DNA of 64,000 nucleotides from an uncultured Microthrixaceae bacterium (GTDB lineage: Bacteria > Actinomycetota > Acidimicrobiia > Acidimicrobiales > DATDAH01), in the NCBI GenBank assembly GCA_963823495.1, contig CAWGLV010000001.1, forward strand, positions 1,604,636 to 1,668,635. The letters run 5' to 3'. This document shows positions 8,142 to 16,996 of the stretch, piece by piece. Under the pieces are notes generated by a model, which worked only from the letters and a program-made list of their open reading frames with translations, had not been told where the DNA came from and did not search any database. Made by a program: the position numbers and the translations under genes. Positions within the stretch are counted from its first letter, which is position 1, and every line of letters starts with the position of its first letter.

Positions 8142-9236
8142 TCAGGCGGTGAGGTACAGGGCGCGGGGCGCGCTGCGGCCGAGGCCGTTCACGGCGTGCA
8201 CGACGACCCGGTGTCGCCCTCGGGGCAGGTTGGCCAGGGTCACGCGGCTGCGGTTCCCCGGCACCGTGCGAGCTCGGCCGAGGCCCGGCAACTCGACGCG
8301 GTAGCGGGTGATGCGCGTACCGCCGTCGAAGAACGGTGGGCTCCAGTCCACGAAGGGCACCCCGAAGGCCCGCCCGCGTCGCAAGCGGGTCACGCGGTCG
8401 GGCACGCTGTCGGGGTCGAGGAAGCGTTGGACGAACGGGTAGGCCGACACCTCGGTGTAGATCCCCGGGAACCGCCGTCGGGCGCAGCCCCTGCCGGTGC
8501 TCACGATGCCGACCTGGACCCGGTCGGGGCCGTCGGGCACCAGCAACGGGCCACCGCTGTCGCCGTAGCAGGAGTCCTCGCCGCCGTCGATCAGGTCGCC
8601 GGCGCACACCCTCTGCCCGGGGAGGAGACCGGGGCCGTAGACCGCCGCGCAGTCGCCGTCGGAGACGATGGGCACCTCGACCTCATGGAGGTGGTAGGGG
8701 TAGCTCTGCCGGTTCGGGGCGATGTCGGTGTCGCCCCAGCCGATGGTGGTGGCCGGGGTCGTCGGCGGGTACAGGGCAGCGTCAGCAGGGACCGCCGGCC
8801 GCACCGTGGCGTACGGGAGCTCTCGCCCCAACTGGATGACCGCGATGTCGTTCTCGAGGGTGTTGTCGTCATAGCCGGGGTGAAGGCGTATGGCGCGGGC
8901 CCGCACCCGCTGGCCCCCCCCACCGGGAGCCAGGGTGTGGGTGCCGGCCAGGACGTCGATGGCGCGGGCGGGGGCGCCCACCACGCAGTGCCCGGCGGTC
9001 AGCACCGTGTCCGGGGAGATGAGCGTCCCGCCGCACAGATGGGCGTTCGCGCGCCGGGCCACGCCGTGCTGGAGCAGCGCGACCTGGAACGGGTACTCGC
9101 CGGGGTCGGCCTGGCCGCCACCGATGATCTCGCCGTCGGGAGCGGCTTCGGTGGTCGGATCCTGGGCCTGCGCCTCGGCCACGGGCAGCAGGGCCAGCGC
9201 GACCAGCACGGCGGCGATCAGGCGTCGGACGGTCAT
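8142..9236 (-). CDS. Secreted trypsin-like (S1) serine protease with C-terminal FN3-like domain
   Basis: Signal peptide. IIGG...TAGHCV (His), NDIAVIQL (Asp), GDSGGPLL (Ser). The last ~90 aa looks like a beta-sandwich domain. Confidence 0.85.
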   Translation of the reverse strand: MTVRRLIAAVLVALALLPVAEAQAQDPTTEAAPDGEIIGGGQADPGEYPFQVALLQHGVARRANAHLCGGTLISPDTVLTAGHCVVGAPARAIDVLAGTHTLAPGGGGQRVRARAIRLHPGYDDNTLENDIAVIQLGRELPYATVRPAVPADAALYPPTTPATTIGWGDTDIAPNRQSYPYHLHEVEVPIVSDGDCAAVYGPGLLPGQRVCAGDLIDGGEDSCYGDSGGPLLVPDGPDRVQVGIVSTGRGCARRRFPGIYTEVSAYPFVQRFLDPDSVPDRVTRLRRGRAFGVPFVDWSPPFFDGGTRITRYRVELPGLGRARTVPGNRSRVTLANLPRGRHRVVVHAVNGLGRSAPRALYLTA

Positions 9237-9296
9237 GGGACGAGCCCTCTCATGGCGATGGTCAGCGGACCCCAGGCCGGTACCCGCCGCCGGACA

Positions 9297-11870
9297 TTAC
9301 TCATGGGCGGTGGGTGAGATGCGTCGGGTGGTGTCCCCGTCGAGGTTGAGGGCGTTGTGGATGAGCCCGAGGTGGCTGTAGGCCTGTGGATGGTTGCCCA
9401 GCGAACGGCCGGTGACCGGGTCCTGCTCCTCGGACAGGAGGCCGGTCCGTCCGGCGCTGGCCACCAGGCCCGCGAAGAGCTCACGGGCCTCGGGCTCCCG
9501 ACCGGTGGCCAGGTAGGAGTCGACCAGCCAGGACGTCATGAGGTGGAAGCCACCCTCGGTGCCGGGTAGGCCGTCGTCGCCCCGGTAGCGGAACACGGTG
9601 GTGCCCTCCCGCAGCTCCCGCTCCACGGCGCCCACGGTCCCGAGGAAGCGGTCGTCGCCGGGATCGACCAGCCCCCACAACCCGACGGCGAGCACCGACG
9701 CGTCGACATCGGTGCCGTCGTAGGCCGCGGTGAAGGCCCCGACATCGGGCTTCCACCCACGGTCGAGGACGTCGTCGCGGATCCGGTCCCGGAGCTGCTC
9801 CCACTCGTGGTGGTCGTCGTCGACGAAGTCGGCGGCGACCCGGATGGCCCGGTCGACGGTGACCCAGCACATGACCTTGGAGTGGACGTGGTGGCGGGGG
9901 CTGCGCCGGATCTCCCAGATGCCGTGGTCGGGCTCCCGCCAGCGCTTCTCCACCGCCCCGACCATCGCCTGGACGAGCTGCCAGTGCTGGCCGGAGAGGG
10001 GGGCGCCCTTGGTGGCCAGGAGCCAGACCAGGTCCACGATGGGGCCGAAGACGTCGAGCTGGACCTGGCGCTCGGCGGCGTTGCCCACCCGGACGGGCCG
10101 GCTCCCGGCGTAGCCCGACAGCTCGGCGATGTCGGCCTCCGGCGGGAGGTGGCGGCCGGTCACGAGGTAGAGCGGGTGGAGCCGCTCGGCGTCGTCGCGC
10201 TGTTCGAGGATGCCCAGCACCCAGTCCAGGTACGCCATGGCCTCGCTGAAGCTGCCGAGGCGGACGAGGGCCCCGGCGGCCATCGCCGCGTCGCGCAGCC
10301 AGCAGTAGCGGTAGTCCCAGTTCCGGATGCCGCCGATCGACTCGGGCAGGGAGGTGGTGGCCGCGGCGAGGATCGCGCCGGTCGGGCCGTGGCAGAGGGC
10401 CTTGAGCGCGAGGGCGCTGCGGCTCACCAGCCGGTTCTCCACGGGGGGCAGGGTGAGATCGTCGGCCCAGTCCTGCCAGAAGGCCAGGGTGGCGGTGCGA
10501 CGCTCCGTCTCGGTGCGGGAGTCGGCCTTCGTGCTGGCCGTGCCGTAGCGGAACTCGAGCGCCACGGGCTCACCGGTGAGCTCGATCTCGGCCCGAGCGG
10601 TGTGGTGGCGGCCGTCGTCGGTCACCTCCCAGCGCACGCCGGGCGAGCGCAGGACCATCAGGTCTGCGGTGTCGACGACCTCCACCCCGTCATCCCGGAT
10701 GGCCAGTCGCGTGAGCTGACGGGCGAAGTCCAGCCGGGGTGCGAACTCGACCACGACCCGGCCTCGCCCCTCGATCACCCGGCAGAGGTCGCTGCGGCCG
10801 GCCAGACGGTCGGGTCGACCGCCCGACGCATCGAGGTAGTCGGTGACGGTGAAGCCGTCCCAGGCGGTCTCCAGGACCATGGTGTCCTCGAGGTAGCGCT
10901 GCCCGGTCGGCTCACTCTGGTCGGCGGGCCCGACGGCGAAGTACCCCGCGGCCGGACCGCCGACCAGCTCGGCGAACACGGCCGAGGAGTCGATGCGGGG
11001 GGCGCAGTACCACGTGATGCGACCATCGGGGGTGACGATCGCCGCCGTGCGCTGATCCGAGAGGAGAGAATGCTCCGCGATGGCGACGGCCCCCGAGCCG
11101 GTGACCCACTCGGTGCGCTCCCCGGCGAGGCGGGCGAGGGCTTCGGCCACCCCGGCCGTGTCGGCGACGTGATGCCGGGCGAGGGTGTCGCCCGGACCGA
11201 CCCGGACACCGATGTCGGGCCCGCGCAGGGTGGCGAAGGCGTGCTCGTCGGTGGGGCTGTCGCCGAAGAAGAGCACGGCGGAGGCCCCCACCCGGTGGCG
11301 GAGGGCTTCCAGCGCCCGGCCCTTGTCGGTGTCGACGACGAGCAGTTCCACGGCCTCGTCGGTGTGGTGGGTCCGGACGCCGTCGAGGACGGTCGGTCCG
11401 GCCTCGATGTCCTGGAGCGCCCGGCGGACATCGCCCCGGCCGCAATGCCGGTAGTGGAAGGTGACCGCCGCCGGCTTCACCTCCAGCTCGGAGCCGGGCG
11501 TGCGGTCGGCGATGTCGGTGAGGTCGGCCTTGATCCGGGCCCGGAGGTCCAGCTCGCGCGGCGAGAGGCGCTTGCCGAAGCCCAGGTCGAACTCGCCGCC
11601 GTGGCTGCCGACGAGGTGGATCTCGGTCGGTAGCCGCGACAGGCCGGCGAGATCCCGCAGCGAGCGACCCGAGATGACCGCGACGTGGGTGTTCGGGAGG
11701 GCCGCCAGGGCCCGCAGGGCGACCACGGTGTCGGGGCGGGGGTGGGCGGCCATCGGGTCGTCCACGATGGGGGCGACGGTGCCGTCGTAGTCGCAGGCCA
11801 CCAGGAGTTGGGGCGTGTGGGCCAGGAGCTCGAGCGCGGCCTCCAGCTCGTCGGTGGTGGCGGCGGTCAT
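9297..11870 (-). CDS. Fusion protein: trehalose-phosphatase (HAD, OtsB-like) + glycoside hydrolase family 15 domain
   Basis: N-terminus ACDYDGTVAPIV (HAD motif I) and later GDSPTDE. C-terminal ~600 aa carries RNWDYRYCWLRDAA, a GH15-type signature. Confidence 0.8.
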   Translation of the reverse strand: MTAATTDELEAALELLAHTPQLLVACDYDGTVAPIVDDPMAAHPRPDTVVALRALAALPNTHVAVISGRSLRDLAGLSRLPTEIHLVGSHGGEFDLGFGKRLSPRELDLRARIKADLTDIADRTPGSELEVKPAAVTFHYRHCGRGDVRRALQDIEAGPTVLDGVRTHHTDEAVELLVVDTDKGRALEALRHRVGASAVLFFGDSPTDEHAFATLRGPDIGVRVGPGDTLARHHVADTAGVAEALARLAGERTEWVTGSGAVAIAEHSLLSDQRTAAIVTPDGRITWYCAPRIDSSAVFAELVGGPAAGYFAVGPADQSEPTGQRYLEDTMVLETAWDGFTVTDYLDASGGRPDRLAGRSDLCRVIEGRGRVVVEFAPRLDFARQLTRLAIRDDGVEVVDTADLMVLRSPGVRWEVTDDGRHHTARAEIELTGEPVALEFRYGTASTKADSRTETERRTATLAFWQDWADDLTLPPVENRLVSRSALALKALCHGPTGAILAAATTSLPESIGGIRNWDYRYCWLRDAAMAAGALVRLGSFSEAMAYLDWVLGILEQRDDAERLHPLYLVTGRHLPPEADIAELSGYAGSRPVRVGNAAERQVQLDVFGPIVDLVWLLATKGAPLSGQHWQLVQAMVGAVEKRWREPDHGIWEIRRSPRHHVHSKVMCWVTVDRAIRVAADFVDDDHHEWEQLRDRIRDDVLDRGWKPDVGAFTAAYDGTDVDASVLAVGLWGLVDPGDDRFLGTVGAVERELREGTTVFRYRGDDGLPGTEGGFHLMTSWLVDSYLATGREPEARELFAGLVASAGRTGLLSEEQDPVTGRSLGNHPQAYSHLGLIHNALNLDGDTTRRISPTAHE

Positions 11871-11926
11871 GGAGCCAGGACGTTACCGCCCGCTCCCGCC
11901 GCGGTCCTCGGCCGGGGCCCGGCCGG

Positions 11927-11932
11927 TAGCGT
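11927..11932 (+). promoter_or_regulatory. -10-like hexamer TAGCGT, leaderless geometry
   Basis: 7 nt upstream of ATG 11940. Confidence 0.45.
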
Positions 11933-11939
11933 CCCCCCG

Positions 11940-12821
11940 ATGCGCGCCGACGCCACCTGCTACCGGCACCCCGATCGGCGGGCCGCGGTTGCCTGCCAGC
12001 GCTGTGACCGGCCCATCTGCCCCGACTGCATGATCCAGGCCTCGGTCGGCTTCCACTGCCCCGAGGACGCCAAGGACGGTCGCCAGCAGGTCTACACGTC
12101 GAGGACCCTGTTCGGAGCCGGGGGTCGGCCCCTGGTCACCCTCACGCTGATCGGGATCAACCTCGCGGTGTTCCTCGTCGGCCTGACGATGGGGGAGAAC
12201 GCCCTGTCCGGGGGCAGCGACCGCCTCACCCTCGACGGTGGGCTGCTCGGCGGGGGCTTCCTGTCCTCGGGGGAGTTCATCGGTGTCGACGCCGGTGAGT
12301 GGTACCGGATCATCACCGGCGGGTTCCTGCACGCGGGGCTGTTCCACGTCGGGTTCAACATGTACCTGCTGTACCTGATGGGCCAGATCCTCGAGCCCGC
12401 CCTGGGGCGGGCGCCCTTCGCGGTGGCCTACTTCTTCTCGCTCCTGGTCGGGGCCTTCGGCGTGCTGCTGCTCGATCCCAACCAACTCACCGTCGGGGCC
12501 TCGGGCGCCGTCTTCGGACTCATGGGGGTCCTGGTCGTGTACCAGCGCTCCCGGGGCCAGAGCATCATGGACTCCGGCCTGGGTGGCCTGCTGATCCTGA
12601 ACCTGGTCCTGACGTTCGCGGTCAGCAACATCTCGGTCGGCGGCCACGTGGGCGGGCTCATCGGTGGCCTGGCCGCGGGTTGGATCCTGATCGAGTTGCC
12701 CCGCCGGTCCCGGGCCCTGCCCTCGTTCCTGCCCACCCTTGCCGTGGTGGCCATGGGCAGCGGGGCCTTCTTCGGCTGCCTCTGGGCCGCCGCCCAGTGG
12801 ATGAACCCGGTGCTCGGCTGA
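11940..12821 (+). CDS. Rhomboid-family intramembrane serine protease with N-terminal zinc ribbon
   Basis: CYRHP..CQRCDRPICPDC. TM helices with GFLHAGLFHVGFN, GASGAVFGLMG (Ser) and GGHVGGLIGG (His). Start moved from 11685 to ATG 11940. Confidence 0.85.
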   Translation: MRADATCYRHPDRRAAVACQRCDRPICPDCMIQASVGFHCPEDAKDGRQQVYTSRTLFGAGGRPLVTLTLIGINLAVFLVGLTMGENALSGGSDRLTLDGGLLGGGFLSSGEFIGVDAGEWYRIITGGFLHAGLFHVGFNMYLLYLMGQILEPALGRAPFAVAYFFSLLVGAFGVLLLDPNQLTVGASGAVFGLMGVLVVYQRSRGQSIMDSGLGGLLILNLVLTFAVSNISVGGHVGGLIGGLAAGWILIELPRRSRALPSFLPTLAVVAMGSGAFFGCLWAAAQWMNPVLG

Positions 12822-12878
12822 CCGCCGCGGTGGTTGCGAGGGGCGTGGTGTCGCGCCCCCGTCCGTCGGCGGTCCTCC

Positions 12879-13319
12879 TCAGGCTTCCTCGACGAGGGAC
12901 TTCAGGCGTTTCAGGTTCCGGCGCCAGATGGCCTTCAGGACCGGGGCGCCGAGGGCGCCGCCGACCGGGCCGCCCATCCACCAGGGGAAGCGGAGGGTCT
13001 CGGCCCAGGCGAACGCGGTGGTGCCGGCGTCGGTGCCGGTGAGGGTGAACCGACCCTCGCCGGTGACCAGGCCCTCGTGGCGCACCCCCATGGACCGACC
13101 GGGCGCCCACTCGGTGATGGCCATGGCGTCGGTCAGGCGCAGCGGACCGACCTTGGTGTCGCAGTCGAAGGTCGTTCCCACGCCGGAGGTCTGGTCGGAG
13201 GTGAAGCGGATCGCCTCGGCGTCGGCCATCCAGTCGACGTGGGTGCCGATGTCCTCGATCCGGGACCACACCGCCTCGGGGGTGGCGGCGATGGTGGTGG
13301 CGACCTCGATGTGGGGCAT
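12879..13319 (-). CDS. SRPBCC (START/polyketide cyclase-like) family protein
   Basis: 146 aa. IEVATTIAATPEAVWSRIEDIGTHVDW... is a typical SRPBCC N-terminal pattern. Confidence 0.7.
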   Translation of the reverse strand: MPHIEVATTIAATPEAVWSRIEDIGTHVDWMADAEAIRFTSDQTSGVGTTFDCDTKVGPLRLTDAMAITEWAPGRSMGVRHEGLVTGEGRFTLTGTDAGTTAFAWAETLRFPWWMGGPVGGALGAPVLKAIWRRNLKRLKSLVEEA

Positions 13320-13327
13320 CGGTGGTG

Positions 13328-13356
13328 AGGGTAGAGCCGGGTGGTCTCGTTACTGT
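13328..13356. promoter_or_regulatory. Back-to-back -10-like hexamers in a 43-bp divergent gap (TACCCT on - strand, TACTGT on + strand)
   Basis: TACCCT (comp. 13328-13333) lies 8 nt before ATG 13319. TACTGT (13351-13356) lies 6 nt before ATG 13363. Confidence 0.4.
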
Positions 13357-13362
13357 CGGGCC

Positions 13363-13620
13363 ATGGCTGCTGCGGACCCGTCGCCCACGCCCAACCCCAA
13401 CGCCATGAAGTTCACCCTCGACGTGACCCTGCCCGAGATGCTGGACGTGCGCAGCGCCGAGGCCGCCGTGGGCAACCCGCTGGCCGAGCGCATCTTCGCC
13501 ATCCCCGGGGTCGTCATGGTCTTCGGCACGGCCGACTTCCTCACCGTCAGCCGTGAGGAGGGTGCCGACTGGGAGGTCATCGTCCCCGCGGTCCAAGCGG
13601 TGGTCGCCGACGAGCTCTGA
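13363..13620 (+). CDS. NifU N-terminal (Nfu_N scaffold-like) domain protein
   Basis: 85 aa: KFTLDVTLPEMLDV...NPLAERIFAIPGVVMVFGTADFLTVSREEGADWEVI, the Nfu_N pattern from memory. This is the in-frame tail of ORF 12928..13620. Confidence 0.7.
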   Translation: MAAADPSPTPNPNAMKFTLDVTLPEMLDVRSAEAAVGNPLAERIFAIPGVVMVFGTADFLTVSREEGADWEVIVPAVQAVVADEL

Positions 13621-13667
13621 GGTCGTCGGATCCCGCGGGGTCCCCGGTTCCTGTCCCACCCCCCGAG

Positions 13668-13673
13668 CACACT
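13668..13673 (+). promoter_or_regulatory. -10-like hexamer CACACT
   Basis: ANNNT pattern 6 nt upstream of ATG 13680. Confidence 0.3.
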
Positions 13674-13679
13674 GGGGCC

Positions 13680-13886
13680 ATGAGATGCCACGAGTGTGAC
13701 CAGGGGCTGGCGTGCTGCCACGCGACCTCGATCCTCCATGTCGACGGAACCACGGAGTGCCTCGGTGACGGTCCCTGCGATCTGGCCCACGGCCTGCACC
13801 GGTGGGCCGTCGGGTGCGACGAGGCGGGCTGTGGCTGCCGGGTGGAAGGGGCCGAGCCCCTCAGCCGCCTGCCGCTCGCGGCCTAG
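13680..13886 (+). CDS. Cys/His-rich microprotein (68 aa), function unknown
   Basis: MRCHECDQGLACCHATSILHVDGTTECLGDGPCDLAHGLHRWAVGCDEAGCGC. 9 Cys and 5 His. High GC3. -10-like box at leaderless distance. 26-nt convergent overlap with the methyltransferase gene. Confidence 0.5.
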   Translation: MRCHECDQGLACCHATSILHVDGTTECLGDGPCDLAHGLHRWAVGCDEAGCGCRVEGAEPLSRLPLAA

Positions 13887-14688
13887 CGGAGTACACCGAC
13901 ACGTGGTTCGGGCTGGCGGCGGTGAACGGTCGACCGTCCCAGTCGGCCCACCGCTCGACGAGGGCGAGGCCGACGTCGGTCGCGACCGCGTCCAGTTGGT
14001 CCGGGAACAGGTAGCGGATGCGGTAGGGACGCAGGCGGATCCCCGCCTCGCGGAGGTCCACGAACTGGCCGGTGATCGTCTGCCCGACGGTGTCTCGGAC
14101 CGCCACGCTGAGCACCACCCGGTCAGGCTCGATCGAGCGCACGGTCACCGGTCCGCCGGTCTCGTCGCCATCGGTGGGCACGAAGGCCTCGACGACCAGT
14201 CGTCCCGCAGGGGCGAGGGCCTCGGCCACCCACGCCAGGCAGGCCCGCTGCGCGTCCGGGGTGTCGAGGTTGAAGAACGTGTTGTAGGCGCAGAACACCA
14301 CGGCGAAGCGTCCGGGGGCGACCAGGGCGGGCGCGGCCATGTCGGCCAGCACGAGCCGGATGTCGTCGCCCCCCGGCTTGTCCCGGAGCCGGTGCAGCAT
14401 CGGGGCTGAAGCATCGATGCCCCACGTCGGCACGCCGGACCCGGCCAGGGGGAGCGCGATCCGACCGGTGCCCACCCCCAGCTCCAGGGCTTCGCCGTCG
14501 GCGGCGAGGTCTCGGACCCGGGCCACGGTCGCGGCCACGTCGGAGATGCCCTGGTACCAGTCGTCGTAGACGTCGGCGAACGCGTCGCCGTAGGTCGTCG
14601 GTCCGAACCCCGGGCGGGTCGGGGCGCCCGCGGCGTCGTCGGTCCCCGGGCGGGTCGCTACGACCGGCTGCTCGGCTGGGACCCTCAC
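13861..14688 (-). CDS. Class I SAM-dependent methyltransferase
   Basis: Motif I LELGVGTGRIALPLA, followed by a Rossmann-like fold pattern. Confidence 0.8.
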   Translation of the reverse strand: MRVPAEQPVVATRPGTDDAAGAPTRPGFGPTTYGDAFADVYDDWYQGISDVAATVARVRDLAADGEALELGVGTGRIALPLAGSGVPTWGIDASAPMLHRLRDKPGGDDIRLVLADMAAPALVAPGRFAVVFCAYNTFFNLDTPDAQRACLAWVAEALAPAGRLVVEAFVPTDGDETGGPVTVRSIEPDRVVLSVAVRDTVGQTITGQFVDLREAGIRLRPYRIRYLFPDQLDAVATDVGLALVERWADWDGRPFTAASPNHVSVYSARPRAAGG

Positions 14689-14785
14689 CGGGGCCAGTCT
14701 GGCAGTCGGGCGTGGGTTGCCCCGGTCACCGGGGTGCGGGAGGGCGCCCGATCGCGCTCCCGGAACGGGTGATTCGGGGTCGCCG

Positions 14786-14791
14786 TAGCCT
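14786..14791 (+). promoter_or_regulatory. -10-like hexamer TAGCCT, leaderless geometry
   Basis: 6 nt upstream of GTG 14798. Confidence 0.45.
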
Positions 14792-14797
14792 TGGGGG

Positions 14798-15955
14798 GTG
14801 AGCGAGTCGGCCTACCTGGACTGTGCGGCGTCGATGCCGGTGCGGCCGGAGGCGGTGGCCGAGCTGACTCGTGTCCTGACCGAGCTCCCCGGGAACCCGT
14901 CGGGCTCCCACGCCTCGGCCCGGGCCGCCCGCCGGGTCCTCGATGACGCCCGCGACGTGCTGGCCGAGGTCCTGGGCTCCGGCCCGGGCGACGTCGTGTT
15001 CACGGGTGGGGGGACCGAGGCGGACAACCTCGCCGTGCTCGGCGCCTCCGGGGACCGCTCGGTGGTGATCTCCTCGGTGGAGCATCCCGCGGTGCGGGAT
15101 CCCGCTCTCGGGCTCGGAGCCCAGGTCGTGGGGGTCGACGCCTGCGGACGGATCGACCTGGACGAGTTGGCCGAGTTGCTCGACGGCCTGGATGACGTCG
15201 GCCTGGTCTCGGTGATGCTGGTCAACAACGAGGTGGGCACCATCCAGCCCCTCGAGGCCGTGGCGGAGGTCGTCCGGCGTCACGCGCCCGGTGCCGCCCT
15301 GCACACCGATGCCGTGCAGGCCGTTTCCTGGGTCGACGTGGGCGAAGCCGCGGCAGGCGCCGACCTGATCTCGGTCAGTGCCCACAAGTTCGGCGGACCG
15401 AAAGGAGTGGGCGCACTGGTCGTGCGTCCGGGCGTCGGGCTGACGGCCCGTCAGGTCGGTGGCGGCCAGGAGCGGGAGCGGCGCAGTGGTACCCAGAACG
15501 TGGCGGGCATCGCGGCGATGGCCACCGCGGCCCGCCTCACCGCAGACCGGCGGGCGGAGGACGTCGCCCGGATCGCGACGCTTCGGGACCGTCTGGCCGA
15601 CGGGATCCTGGCGGTCGTGCCCGATGCCGTGGAGACCGGGATCCCGGCAGGCGACCGTGCGGGCCGGGCCGCCGGCCTGTGTCATCTGTGCTTCCCCGGC
15701 GTGGAGGCGGAGACCCTGCTCTTCCTGCTCGACCAGGCCGGGGTGGCGGCGTCTGCGGCCTCCTCCTGTGCCAGCGGCGCCGCCGAGCCCTCGGCGGTCC
15801 TGGCCGCCATGGGCGTCCCGCGGGAGTTGGCCGCGGGCTCATTGCGCCTGTCCCTGGGCTGGGCCACCACCGATGCCGACGTGGACCTGGCTCTGCAGGT
15901 CGTTCCCGAAGCGGTCGCCCGGGTGCGGGCCGGCCGCCGGCGGGAGGACGGGTGA
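14798..15955 (+). CDS. Cysteine desulfurase (IscS/NifS-like, class V aminotransferase)
   Basis: SAHKFGGPKG (PLP Lys) and SSCASG (active-site Cys loop). Translationally coupled to mnmA. Confidence 0.85.
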   Translation: MSESAYLDCAASMPVRPEAVAELTRVLTELPGNPSGSHASARAARRVLDDARDVLAEVLGSGPGDVVFTGGGTEADNLAVLGASGDRSVVISSVEHPAVRDPALGLGAQVVGVDACGRIDLDELAELLDGLDDVGLVSVMLVNNEVGTIQPLEAVAEVVRRHAPGAALHTDAVQAVSWVDVGEAAAGADLISVSAHKFGGPKGVGALVVRPGVGLTARQVGGGQERERRSGTQNVAGIAAMATAARLTADRRAEDVARIATLRDRLADGILAVVPDAVETGIPAGDRAGRAAGLCHLCFPGVEAETLLFLLDQAGVAASAASSCASGAAEPSAVLAAMGVPRELAAGSLRLSLGWATTDADVDLALQVVPEAVARVRAGRRREDG

Positions 15956-16977
15956 GGGTCCTGTGCGCCATGTCGGGCGGGGTGGACTCCTCGGTCACCG
16001 CCGCGCTCCTGGCCGAGGCGGGCCACGAGGTCCACGGGGTGACGCTGCGGCTGTGGGGTGGTGAGGCCGATCAGGGCTGTTGCTCGGTGGCCGATGTGGA
16101 GGACGCCCGCCGGGTGGCCGACCACCTGGGCCTGGACCATCACGTCTTCAACTTCGGGCCGGACTTCGACCGCCACGTCGTGGCGCCCTACGTCGCCGCC
16201 CACGCCGGGGGCCGGACGCCGAACCCGTGCATCGAGTGCAACCGGCACCTGAAGTTCGACCGCCTGCTCGAGCGGGCGGAGGTGCTGGGCTTCGACGCCG
16301 TGGCCACCGGTCATCATGCCCGCGTGGTCCGGCGAGCCGACGGCACCCGCCGTGTCGCCCGCGGCGCCGACGGGGCCAAGGACCAGTCCTATGTCCTGCA
16401 CATGCTGGATCAGGCCGCGCTCGGTCGGGTCCTCCTGCCCGTGGGCGACCTGACCAAGGCCGAGGTGCGGGATCGGGCCGCGGACCTCGGCCTGCGCACG
16501 GCGGCCAAGCCCGACAGCCAGGACGTCTGCTTCATCCAGAGCGCCGCGGGTCGCCACGGGTTCCTCGAGTCCCGCATCGACCTCACGGCCGGCCGGGTCC
16601 TCGACGCCTCGGGCCGGCAGGTGGGGGCCGTGGCGGCGGTCGAGTTGGTCACCGTGGGCCAGCGGCGGGGCCTCGGCCTCCGCCGGCAGCAGGATCCCCG
16701 CTTCGTGACCGCCGTCGACGTGGCCGCGGCCACGGTCACCGTCGGCCGCAAGCAGGACCTGCTCGACGACGAGGTCGCCCTCGCCGGTCTCGTCTGGGCC
16801 GACCGGCCGGTCACGGGTGCGGTCCTCGTGCAGTGCAGCGCCCACGGCGAACCCCGTCCTGGGTCACTGGTCGGCGACCTCCTGGTGTGGGAGCGCCCCC
16901 AGCCGAGGGTCGCCCCCGGCCAGAGCGTCGTCTTCTACGACGGCGACGAGGTGCTCGGCGGCGCGATCGCCCGCTGA
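15952..16977 (+). CDS. mnmA: tRNA 2-thiouridine(34) synthase
   Basis: VRVLCAMSGGVDSSV PP-loop and NPCIECNRHLKF. GTGA start/stop overlap with the desulfurase. ORF-track 15679 start rejected. Confidence 0.9.
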   Translation: MRVLCAMSGGVDSSVTAALLAEAGHEVHGVTLRLWGGEADQGCCSVADVEDARRVADHLGLDHHVFNFGPDFDRHVVAPYVAAHAGGRTPNPCIECNRHLKFDRLLERAEVLGFDAVATGHHARVVRRADGTRRVARGADGAKDQSYVLHMLDQAALGRVLLPVGDLTKAEVRDRAADLGLRTAAKPDSQDVCFIQSAAGRHGFLESRIDLTAGRVLDASGRQVGAVAAVELVTVGQRRGLGLRRQQDPRFVTAVDVAAATVTVGRKQDLLDDEVALAGLVWADRPVTGAVLVQCSAHGEPRPGSLVGDLLVWERPQPRVAPGQSVVFYDGDEVLGGAIAR

Positions 16978-16996
16978 GGGGCCAGAGGTGTTCCGC

